A program made the translations under genes and the position numbers. Positions 12,163-22,738 of a stretch of DNA of 64,000 bases are shown here, piece after piece. Each line of letters opens with the position of its first letter. The stretch's first letter is position 1. Source of the stretch: Halocafeteria seosinensis (Eukaryota). Where the stretch lies: positions 1-64,000 of the forward strand of contig LVLI01000281.1 in the NCBI GenBank assembly GCA_001687465.1, read 5' to 3'. The notes beneath the pieces are model-generated. The model searched no databases. It was not told the DNA's origin and worked only from the letters and a program-made list of their open reading frames with translations.

Positions 12163-13238
12163 TCAGTGACCCGGGAAAAACAACTCTGCATACGCTCCAG
12201 AGACAAAAGAATGCAAAACAGACATAAACGAATTTGTACTCTTCGCGCAACATACCTATTGCAACTGAAAATGCTGCAAAGCCACCGCAACCCATTGCCA
12301 TAGCAAGAGGACCCTGCTTGTAAGCGAGTGCAGCCCCCGTAATGCACCCAGCATACACGGAATTCTGCATATCGTGCTGGGCTCTGCCTTTTTCTAATAT
12401 ACATTCGACGGTTGAATAGATTGCTCCAACTTTGGCAAAATTCTTTGCCCATCCTTTCGATTTGGTGACCATCATATCTCCCGTGTCCTTGAGAGCCTGA
12501 AGGGCCGTCATGCTTGGAGGCGGGGGTGCTCCTGGATAGCCCATGGGAGGCGATGAGCTTTGAAACCCACCAACGACTACTCCGGTTGCTACTCCTAATC
12601 CGCCGCCTGCAAGGAAATCAACAAAGTTGTGTACGCGACTTGACGATTCTGAGGACTACACAGAATGCTGTCTTACCTAGTACAAAGCTCAACACCGTCT
12701 TCGCGGGGCAACTGTTCATAATTTCAAAAGGGTCTTTGACTGATTCAACAGGTGGCTGGCCCTGAAGAGCAGTAGGAATCCACGGAAGCATAGGTGCAGT
12801 TTGTGGAGAACTCCATCCAAAGACTGAAGTTACGGACGGGTCATCGAGTCCTTTGTGGAGTATCGACGGACCTCCATGTTTACTGAGGTAGTTATGCTGC
12901 TTCTCAATAGCTGATCCTGCGGCAGCCATCGCTCCAGCATTAACCAACTGTTCAGGAGAGGATGAAGCGTGTCTTTGACTAGCCAGTTTCCACAATGACT
13001 GTCTACTTGTTGCTGGTGAGTCCTTCTTGGTCTCTTCCACTGTCACATCTTTGTCACCGAAGAAGTGCTTCAAATCCTCGGACCTTTGTTGACTGTCTGT
13101 ATTCTGACGAGTAATGGTCCACCACGGTCGTGGAGCACCCCACCATTGAGAGTTCCCAATGACATTACGTATTTGGTCCTGTGGCTGAATCACTTCCACG
13201 GCGCTGTTATCCCCTTCTCCACTACTATCCGACGACAT
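12163..13238 (-). CDS. TIM22: Mitochondrial import inner membrane translocase TIM22 (Tim17 family), 3 exons
   Basis: IMNSCPAKTVLSFVLG|GGLG...AKNFAKVGAIYSTVECILEKGRAQHDMQNSVYAGCITGAALAYKQGPLAMAMGCGGFAAFSVAI|ELFFPGH, containing both conserved cysteines. Introns 12676-12607 and about 12256-12186. Confidence 0.9.
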
Positions 13239-13403
13239 CGTCGGTGCTTCTATCTACTAGGGCGAAATGGAAACTATAAACGGTTCAACATGACAATCCA
13301 TCTGACACTAAAATAACGCAGCTTATAGTGTGTATGGCCTGGTCATTCGGGATGTTCGACCAATCTTTAATGAGACCCTGAGACCCATCTTCACAGAACG
13401 TAT

Positions 13404-13426
13404 ACACACACTCACACACACACACA
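13404..13426. repeat. Interrupted (CA)n microsatellite
   Basis: ACACACACTCACACACACACACA between the divergent TIM22 and methyltransferase genes. Confidence 0.8.
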
Positions 13427-13693
13427 TTCGCATGATTCCACGGCATTCTTGGTTGACGATGCTATAGAGGATAGTTTCATTGTGGTATCTGTCCTTTGAT
13501 TGGACCCGAGGAACCGCATAAATTGGAGGCTAGTCACCCGGCGTCTCTTCAACTTGCAATTTTCACAGGAATTAATTACTCTATCTTTCCTCATATTCCA
13601 ATGAATCTGTAAGCGTAGGGGACAGTCTGAAAGCGCCTCTAAGTGCCACTGGAATCGGTCGATTGATGCGAAGAGATAGCTGGCAGTGCGAGC

Positions 13694-14830
13694 ATGCCTA
13701 AGGATCTCTGCTCGGAGGAGGAGGAAGAGTATCAATCTCGTGAAGACGACGCTATATGGGGTGAAGATGACCCCATGCATCACTGGACCCACGGAAGATG
13801 GAAATCTGTACTAGAGCGGATGGAGGAAAACCAGGTTCTCGGAAAGTTTTGGCAAGGTATGCATCTCTGGCACAAACTGGATACTGTTGGTGAAGTGGCG
13901 AACCTAGATATCTCACATGCTACTGCAGAAAAATGCAGGAATGAGGCCACACGAAACTGGGACCTATTCTACAAACGACATACGACAAACTTCTTTAAGG
14001 ATAGACACTATCTCGAGGACGACTATCCGTTCCTGCGTAAAGCCAAGACCGAACCGCTGACGTTAGTAGAATTCGGATGCGGGGTGGGCAATGCATTTTT
14101 CCCCTGCGTTGAAAGACTTCCCTTTCTACGTGTCCATGCCTTCGATTTATCTAGAAGAGCTATTCGTCTCATTTATGGAGACGATCGAATGGATAGTGCA
14201 CGGATCAATGCCTTTTTCTACGACCCTACTTCCTTTTACGATTGGCCTTCGACCGTGTCTGAAGACCCTCTGATCATCGCCAAGAATGGGGCCGACGCAG
14301 CCTTGATGCTATTTGTGTTAAGCGCAGTGGAGCCGGCTTTTCATTCGCAATGCTTTGATAGGGCTAGATCAATCCTTCGCCCGGGAGGAAGGGTATGTGT
14401 TAGAGACAAATACCCTGAAACTTCACGGGGGATGTTGTCCATAGTGTATTTGCGACTGCAGATCCTGTTTCGGGACTACGGAAGATTCGATGAGGCGGAG
14501 CTTCGATTTCGTAGTAAGCAAAGACTTGGGAAGCACTTTTATACGCGTCATGATGGGACGTGTGCGTATTTCTTTGGAGTGGAGGAGCTAACCAAACATG
14601 CACATGAGCATGGCTTCAGGGTACTGGACTGCCATTTTATCTGTAGAATATATCAGAACCGAAAACAGCAAACAAAAATGAGGAGAGTATGGGTCCATGC
14701 CGAATTTGAAAAGAGGGGGGAAAAGTTTATTTCGAGTGATTGTAGCGAAAATGAAGGGAAAACATGGTTAAGTCCGCACCCCGAGGCCCTGAAGTGTCTC
14801 GCTAGGGCTAGCGATTTCCACATTGCTTGA
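13694..14830 (+). CDS. METTL6: tRNA N3-methylcytidine methyltransferase (METTL6/METTL2/Trm140 family)
   Basis: Motifs NWDLFYKRHTTNFFKDRHYL, EFGCGVGN, FVLSAV, LRPGG|ILFRDYGRFD, YTRHDGT-AYFF and MRRVWVHA. In-frame intron 14393-14461. METTL6 versus METTL2 assignment is tentative. Confidence 0.85.
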   Translation: MPKDLCSEEEEEYQSREDDAIWGEDDPMHHWTHGRWKSVLERMEENQVLGKFWQGMHLWHKLDTVGEVANLDISHATAEKCRNEATRNWDLFYKRHTTNFFKDRHYLEDDYPFLRKAKTEPLTLVEFGCGVGNAFFPCVERLPFLRVHAFDLSRRAIRLIYGDDRMDSARINAFFYDPTSFYDWPSTVSEDPLIIAKNGADAALMLFVLSAVEPAFHSQCFDRARSILRPGGRVCVRDKYPETSRGMLSIVYLRLQILFRDYGRFDEAELRFRSKQRLGKHFYTRHDGTCAYFFGVEELTKHAHEHGFRVLDCHFICRIYQNRKQQTKMRRVWVHAEFEKRGEKFISSDCSENEGKTWLSPHPEALKCLARASDFHIA

Positions 14831-14929
14831 AACGGCTATACTGGTACATATGAACGATGAGAGTTTTTGAAGGTTACAAAATAGTTGTGTGAATTTTTTC
14901 TTCTGTATCTGCGCTTGTACATACCTCGC

Positions 14930-17770
14930 TTAGTTAGTGCCCGTGTGGTGTGGAAGAGAATCCTGCAATTCTTGCCAGGCGCGCCCGAAGATCTCTTGCT
15001 CGTGAATTCCGTTTCCTACTTGATGCACAGATTCTTTTTGAGCTGCAGAAAACAGCTCGTCCAATTCCTTGTCCGATTCTCTACCGACCCTAGAAAGATC
15101 AGAGAAGGCTTTCTTCACTACAGAAGCTGAGGGTGAAATGGGTGGGATATGCCTCTCACAGCAGTTTGCCCCGAGTTCACCGCTCAGATCAGAACCAGCG
15201 TAAGGTGACCATTTACTGGCACCTGTTGGACGAGTCGGCGTGGAGGTGAGGTTTCCCTGAACAGCAGCCAAATACCATTGCCTTCTGAGAACTGCTATCG
15301 TCGATTTATCGAAAATGTCCCACTGATCGTTACCTTTCCAGTGATCATCCCATTCAGGGAAAGTGGGCATACTGGAATAGGTGATCACGGCTGGGGATCG
15401 TTTTTGATTTTCATATACTACGTTGCTGAATGTCTCAAAATCCATACACCACCAGTCCTCAAGCTGAACTTCATCGCTTTCGATTGTGCGATTTGTGGAC
15501 TGGAGGCTCTGAGATGCTGATTGTAGCCCCGAAAACTCCTCCAGAACGTTTTCGTAATCTTGCTTGATTGCTTCCAAGTCTTTTTCAGCCTTGTCTTGTT
15601 TCTCTGATGCTTGCTGAAGCTCTTCTTTCTTCTGCTCCACGGCTTTGTTTAACTCGGCGATTGAGGCGTTTGCTTCACCTAGTTCGATGCGAAGCTGCTC
15701 TGTTTCTTGCCTGGCATCCTGTGTCTCTTTTTCGGCGTTTTCGATACGCTGCTTGACGGCAGAGTCACATACAGCTTCCAAACCGTTTCGGACTATATCG
15801 GATTCCTTGGACCAGACTTGAGCAACTTCAGTATCGTTTTGGCCAGAACTAATGAGAGTGTCCCGGAGATCTTGCATCCTCTGAGAAACGCCACGCGCAA
15901 TTTGGACACAGTTGCTTGTCTCGGAGGGACTGTCGGCTTCGACTTCTTCTGAACCTGTATCGGCGGCAGCGCTTTGCTGGGAGGACTCTGGAGAGAACTG
16001 TAGTGTTTCGCAAAGGCGCTGTGTTGCTGAATGACAATTGCACAACTCGGTATAGAGGATTGAACGCTCTTTCATGGTAGTTTCTAGCCTTTGCATCAGC
16101 CTTTGGCCCTGTTCCAAGACTTCAGCTACCTTCCTCCAGCCTTCATCGCGCTCTTCTGCCACGTTGTTCAAGTTTTTCGTAACTGTTGAGAGCCGTGCTC
16201 GTAATTCGGCCTGAGCAGCGCGCACACGTCGCAAGGCGTCATTGGCCGCTTTTTCCGCTTCCTTGGACTCTTCTAGCCTTTTTGCCATCCATTCCTTATC
16301 ACTGCAAGCTTCATTGAGTTGGGAAAACAAACCGTACATTGTCCACTGGGCTGCCGAGAGTTGCTCTTTTACTAGCTCCTGTTGCCGCGACTGTCTCAGC
16401 TTCATTGAGTTCTTGGCGGCCCTGAATTTCGACCTGATCTTAGAAAACTTTTGGGGGACATCGTTAACAGTATTATTTCTATCCGGATGGTAGGGGGAGC
16501 AAAAGTCTGCTTTGGCACGAGGAATGCCTGCCTGGTAATGGTCAACTTCGGCAGCATTGTGGACAGAGCTCTTAGGGCTTTCAAGATTTACCGGAGTAAA
16601 TTCCTCTCCACAAGGAGAATTTGCTTTGTTCGCCGTGCTGTGAGTCAATGGGGCTGTCCCTTGTTCGACGAACTCCGAATCTCCGAGTTGTGTCGGTCGC
16701 TCTTCTAGTTTTCTAGCCTTACACAACAATTGCTGATGCTTTTCTCGCGTACTATTCTCGCGTTTATGTGATTCATCAAGCTGGGACTTCAGGCGTTCGA
16801 CTTCCGTATGAGCACAGTTGATATCATGCTCTAGAGTTTCCATACGCGATGACTGATCGTTCAGCAAGCTCTTCGTTCTGTTGAGCTCCTCTGCTGATTG
16901 GTGGCGAGCTTCCTCTACCGTTGCTGTATGCTTTTGACGCTCATTCCATATGCAATTCTCTAAGTGCATCAACATCTCTTGCATCCTTAGTGTGTCATCT
17001 GCGTTACCTCCAGTAATTTTTGGATCAACATATGAGTCATCAAAACACTTCTGGATTATATTGCTAACATAGCGTGATGCTAAACATGTAACTTCATGGC
17101 TCTGTTCTTCGCATTGCGTTCCCTTCGTTTGCATGGTGCACTCATCACTCCTGCTTAGTTTCTCAGAAACGTTGACCGTCCCGTTAGGGGTCCGTCGCGC
17201 GTACGGAGACGATTCATTCTGTTCGTGTGTACTCGGACTGTTGTACGACGACAACTGCGTAAACGCTTGTGTTTCACCTTGCCAAACTTGCCATTGCTGT
17301 CCCATTTTTGCCGCATTATCAAGCGATTCCACAGCGAGCTCACTCTCAGGGAGAGCGGGTTTCTGCTGGTGGTCCGTAGTCGTGGGACTCAACAGGGAGT
17401 CCACCGCGCGTCGGCGACGGAGTTGTGAGTTTTTCTGGCCCTTCTTCTTCTTACTGCGGTCGGTCGAGCGACCCGCATTTGAGATTCTTTGCTCCCTCAT
17501 TGCCGTTTTCTTTTGGGGCGTGATGGTGCTGGCATCGCTGCAGGGAGACGCGGGAATGCATAGAAAATTGAGCTGGAAGAACACCTTCACAAACGCCTTC
17601 ACCTACTTTGTCGGGGATAGGATGTTTGCATCAGCTGTCTGCAGTGCTCTTTGAGCATTATGTTTCCTAGGAGAGGGTGACTTGAACAGGCCGTGGGGAG
17701 TTTGGTTCCTGCTGGTGGTATTCTCTTGTTCTACCGCGTCTCCGCGCCAAATTTGTGGGGAAGTGGACAT
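14930..17770 (-). CDS. Uncharacterised long coiled-coil protein
   Basis: Exon 1 17770-17607 (MSTSPQIWRG...), intron 17606-17538, then the 890-aa ORF rich in E/K/Q/L heptads. Confidence 0.7.
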
Positions 17771-18086
17771 TATATAGTTTCTTCAGCAAGACATTAATGA
17801 CTATAAGGTTGGACAGTGCAACAACGATATACTTCACTGTGAGCTACTCCATTAAGGTTTCGATCCAAACACATGAGAGGTATCTACACTTACACCATCA
17901 GAGACGAAGACAAGGTTTGCGCGCGCGCGCCCAAAACCCGCAGCGCAGTTTCAAGCAAAGGTCGAACTTCACTACCATAACTTGTACAATAAAATTGCAC
18001 TACAATGTAGTAGCCTACTAAAGCAAGTTACGGACACAAAATGGCAATGGATGTTTCTGTATTTGTGAACTCTTTACAATGGACAA

Positions 18087-18152
18087 GCAATGGGTATGAT
18101 ATTTTCTCAGCCAGGGGATGCAATGGGTATGATATTTTCTCAGCCAGGGGAT
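18087..18152. repeat. Exact 33-bp tandem duplication
   Basis: GCAATGGGTATGATATTTTCTCAGCCAGGGGAT repeated twice head to tail. Confidence 0.95.
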
Positions 18153-18317
18153 GCACCTCTAATGACATGCTGGATCTCTTCTGAACAGTCAGGTGTGTCG
18201 ATGTAGATCAAGCGGGTTTGGCTTGCGTCGTCCCTCGCAGGAAAAGCATGTTAATAGCTAATGTATTGTATTTGAATTCTGACGACTTCAACAACTGTAT
18301 GTTTGTGCCTCAGGACG

Positions 18318-18938
18318 CTACTTCTCTTGTCCAAGTACAAGCTTAGCCCGGGAGATGAACTTATCAATGTCTAGGTGATTGTCAGCGGAATGGTACAAGC
18401 GCTTGAAGAGCGTCAACAAGGCGCTCCCCTTAGGCTCATTCGCGAGGCGATCTGTGGATCTATGCAAGATCCTCGCTACTGTGTCGTCCTCGGTATCGAT
18501 AGCTACAGTAGTTCATTAAGGGTTTCCGTAGCCCTATGTCTCAAACACTCCAGTTCCGGATCGTGCGAGTGATTTTGGTTTGGTTCAAGCCAGTCAAGCA
18601 CCGACAGCATCCTTTCAGTCAGTCCTTCTTGGGAGTCTTCTGCTGATGCAGGCTTTTTTGGAGGGGGGGACAATTCGTCGGATGGCTTGGCTCGCTTAGT
18701 GCCTCGAGGACGCGCGGCAACAGTTTGCATATTGACTTCGGAACAACGCACATCAGCTCTTTGCAAGAGGGTCGTTATCATCTTGTTCTCAAGGCAAGCA
18801 ATTGACGCCGGCACCTTCACTGAACCGTTTCCGGACTTTCCTCGTTCGTCGCTATATTTCTGCTATGGAACAGGGTAGATAAAGCAGTATGGAGCACCAG
18901 CTTGTTTGCTTATGATCACGTACCTTAAAGTCTTTCAT
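18318..18938 (-). pseudogene. Probable frameshifted gene remnant
   Basis: The protein-like ORF 18820-18503 stops at TAG, and a second protein-like frame (AIDTEDDTVARILHRSTDRLANEPKGSALLTLFKRLYHSADNHLDIDKFISRAKLVLGQEK) begins immediately with no intron-sized gap. A possible short first exon MKDFK|GT lies near 18938. Confidence 0.35.
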
Positions 18939-19883
18939 GATGGTTCCCCAGCGGTTCATGAGCACCTCCCCGACTTAGATTTTTACTTTGGTTGATTTAA
19001 ACGAACAAAAGCGTAACTACAAAGAATCGCGGGTTTGGAATCGTAGGCAACTACTTCTATCAAACATACCCCCGTTTAGAAAACCCGAGTTTTGATAGTG
19101 ATTCAGATAGAAAATGTTTAAAATGACATTCAAAACACTTCATTTGTGTAGATTGTTCGAGTCACTTGAGTGTCTGTCCACTGGGAAAATGGAGAGCAAA
19201 CAAATAGTTACACACGAAGGTTATTTCAAATTCCCATTTTACAGAAGTCTTTTTGTTGACATCACTGAAGATATTTTTTAGGGGGTTCATACTTCTCCAC
19301 GAGTGTATGTATCATACGTAGAATTTGAGATGCCTGATGTCTTACTTCTCCAGAAGTATATCTAGAATTTGAAATAATTGAAGAAAATGAGAATTTTACA
19401 GCTTCATAAAACCGAGCGGTTTTGTGTATACACCGTGCAGGTCTGGTTGAACACTAACTATCCCATTATTTATTTGGCCATTACTTAGAGTCAAGGAAGC
19501 TCTGTCATTTTGAATTCAAATGCAGTACAGAACACAGAGGACAGATAACGTTAGACTGGACATGGTGCAAATCGGAAGTAAGTAGTATACACTCAGAAAG
19601 CACCAGCCAACGTTACCCATACAGATGCTACATCGTAGAAGCAACAGGAGCGCCACATTGTCAAAACCGCCCATACACAATACAACTCAACATATGAATA
19701 GCGCATTGGGATAGACATGCGTAGAAACGGTGTTCTCTCCAGTGTCTCTCTGGAGAACTACTGAACGCAGGTCTCCATGCTTCCGTTCTAGGAAAGACTC
19801 ACTCAATGCAGAGCTCGGTCTCCCACGTCGCTTGAAATATGTCTCAGTGAGAGCACTGCGGTAACAAAATAGCTAGGTAATTC

Positions 19884-20639
19884 CTAAACCAGTTGCACTT
19901 GCACTGCGCGCTTCTCAACACCGAATAACCACCAGTTGCACATATATAGCAAAGGGGGCAGAATCATGGTCATGCCCCAATAAGCCCAGTATGGAATAAC
20001 CGGGAGTGAAACAACACCTGCGAGCCATACTCCACGTCTTGCACCATCGCGTATCAGGTGAAGCAACCAAGGGTAGGCAACCGACCACCCAGTCCTCCAC
20101 GCCGATAGTAAACCAACTACAATGAATACCAGCAGGAGCAAGCTTAGTTGATGGGCGAAGGGACGGTGATCGAGACTTGTAGCATCTTCCAAGTGTACAC
20201 TCCCTGCTTCGATAAAGTGATCCAAGTCGATCAAGCAGCTCATCGCTAGTACGACGGTCATTTCTTTGTGAAGCATTACTGTTATATCATGGAGCACACT
20301 TTGCGTATGTAACTCAATGATCCATCGCGGGCTTACGTATCTACAATTGAACCGATTTCCCTGAAGTTCCCCAGACATCTGCCTCACGCTTCTTATCCAC
20401 TCCACGGACGAAGGGTCAAACAGGAACCATGATAGGACTCCAATGGCGGCATGAGTGATGCTGTCTGCCAGCGCTCGACAGAGCCCTACACATGCCTCCC
20501 ATGTGATAAGGCAGTCTCCCACGTAGATCCACACGCCCAATACCACTGCCGCCACCAATACTTTGGTCTGGCGGAAATAATCCCAGCAGCCACCATTTCG
20601 CGATTGTATACTACGAGAAGATCGAGTATCACTGGTCAT
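19884..20639 (-). CDS. TMEM267: TMEM267-like membrane protein (YdjM-like putative metal-dependent hydrolase)
   Basis: ADSITHAAIG, LIDLDHFIEAGS-LEDATSL-RPFAH and HLIRDGARRGVWL His/Asp motifs between hydrophobic helices. First ATG at 20639. Confidence 0.82.
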   Translation of the reverse strand: MTSDTRSSRSIQSRNGGCWDYFRQTKVLVAAVVLGVWIYVGDCLITWEACVGLCRALADSITHAAIGVLSWFLFDPSSVEWIRSVRQMSGELQGNRFNCRYVSPRWIIELHTQSVLHDITVMLHKEMTVVLAMSCLIDLDHFIEAGSVHLEDATSLDHRPFAHQLSLLLLVFIVVGLLSAWRTGWSVAYPWLLHLIRDGARRGVWLAGVVSLPVIPYWAYWGMTMILPPLLYMCNWWLFGVEKRAVQVQLV

Positions 20640-20826
20640 ATTGGCGTTGAGCCAATATGAGCTTATGGAACCGGCCAAATCGTTATACAACAATCCAGGA
20701 GACTCAACCTTCACAACCGTGAAGACCAGGCTGTATGATTATCAGCCTGTAACGATACAATGAAGGTGATTGTCTTTGACGCATTGATATAGTTGTGTCT
20801 AGCATACTTGGCGATACGCTGTGAAA

Positions 20827-21353
20827 ATGTCGTCCAAAATACGGGGACCCTATGATGAGCGATGGGACACTCCTCCCAGCATCACAGAGTACCACAGAAA
20901 TAAGCTAGCTTCAGCCCGTATCAGATGGCGCATGTTCAAAATCTTTACATATGCGGTTACAGTCACAGCAGGGGTACTTGCGCTTTTTGATGAGCGCCTT
21001 GTGACGGGGTATAATGCAGCCATGGCTCCGAAAACAAGCCAGGGGAGTGGACAGCGCGTCCATCGTACTCCCGAGCATGCTTTGAGTTGGGTAAGTGGGA
21101 GCAAATACCCGTTGTACCTGTCCATTGAGGGTAGTACCTCCTCTAGACATCGTCCCAACAACTTTTTCTATTGCTATGGTGTTTGTTCTTGCAGTTACAT
21201 CGAGCCAAAACTAGGGCTCTGGAAGCATGGGCTCTCGGAGAGTCACCGTGGGCAGCCATTAAGGATGAAGTGTCTACCAAGGAACCTACTCAACAAGAAC
21301 TATATCCTTTTCCAGAAGAAGACACACAGGATGATGCTTCGGAAAATAGATGA
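20827..21353 (+). CDS. Small single-pass membrane protein, two exons
   Basis: Exon 1 20827-21090 with one hydrophobic helix (IFTYAVTVTAGVLALF), intron GTAAGT...TTGCAG 21091-21194, exon 2 LHRAKTRALEAWALG...ENR*. Confidence 0.55.
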
Positions 21354-22228
21354 AGTAGTGACTTTCATTTTAGATGGTTGCTTTCGAAACAGACCGAAGA
21401 GGTGTTGTTGCTGACAAACAGGCAACAAACCCCTGCAGAAGGATTACCGAAGTGTCACAGACTACTATATCATGTTAAATGGTGCAATTAGTGGGTCCAT
21501 TGCGCGTAGATGGTAATCTAGTGTGCGCGAAGAACCCCCGCATATGTTTGACTGTCTTGCCAATCTGTGTTCAGCGCTCGTTCTGCCACCTGGTGCAACA
21601 AGCATACAGTAGGGCGAACGGTCGGCGTGGTTCGAATTTTGAAACAGGAACGTTCTAGATGTCGGACGGATTTCCCGAAATTGCAACTGGGAAGTGGCGT
21701 ACGGTGCGCGTCGTGCGTCCCAGCAATGAATAAAGGTTGCTCCTAAGACTGAAAGTACCGGTAGTAGTAGTAAAAACTTCGAATTCCATGTTATGATAAT
21801 GAAGATTTAGTAGCACAGATTGAAAGATAGCGATACAAGTAGCACAGGGTGAACCCCACAAACTCGAAAGTTACACAGTACATGATACCAGAAACAACTG
21901 GTGGAAGAAGTCAACAAGTTTATGCACGTGTGTGTTCTCCTGTGATCGCGTACGTCATGGTACGTGCTCTTGAGCAAACACTCGTTCAAATTGACCGTCC
22001 TTCGGACCGGAATACATACATATGTACATGTATATGGTGCAACTACCCGACCGGTACGAGGGTCCCTATGCGAATGTTTTATTTGATTATCATGAAATGA
22101 ATTGCAGAACATCCATGTGCTCATTGTCTTTTGTTTCCCAGTTATCACGAACGTACTCCACAGGTACCATCCGACCTGCAGAAAATGGCTGACAAACAAG
22201 CTGGCAACGACTCCTACGGGTAGTAAGT

Positions 22229-22463
22229 CGAATAACCTCCAGTTGTACACAGATAGCAAAGCGGGCAGGATCATGGTCATGCCCCAATAAGCCCACTATG
22301 GAATAATCGGGAGCGACACATCACCGGCGAGCCATACTCCACGTCTTGCACCATCGCGTATCTGTGTGTGTGTGATCAGGTGAAGCCTCCACGCCGATAA
22401 GTAAACCAACTACAGTGAATACCAGCGGGGGCAAGGTCAGTTGATGGGCGAAGGGGCGGTGAT
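22229..22463 (-). pseudogene. Degenerate partial duplicate of the 3' part of the TMEM267-like gene
   Basis: Collinear with 19922-20170 (shared ATCATGGTCATGCCCCAATAAGCCCA, GCGAGCCATACTCCACGTCTTGCACCATCGCGTATC, AGTTGATGGGCGAAGGG), with a (TG)n insertion and a deletion. Confidence 0.85.
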
Positions 22464-22738
22464 GTATGAAATTCACAGACTGACATGTTATACAGACTAC
22501 ATGATATAGTCCATCAACAACTGGTGGTAGACTACTGTGTGTTACCCGTACCTATGACTTCTCAAGTTGGTCCCCGGGCCGGGCGGAGCGCCCGGTTCCC
22601 GGCATTAAAGCCTTGACTTTGTGCTGCATTCATTCCGTCTCCTAGAGTGATATTGTACTTCCACGTGCTGTTGCATAGTGCTTCCGATCTTTCCGTCTTT
22701 CTGTTCGTGCCAAGTGAGCTTGCGTTAATTTGTGGACG

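Noticed and set aside
19000..19560. AT-rich intergenic stretch with a short imperfect repeat (ACTTCTCCA...TAGAATTTGA) as a possible MITE
   Set aside because: No convincing terminal inverted repeats, target-site duplication or transposase remnant.
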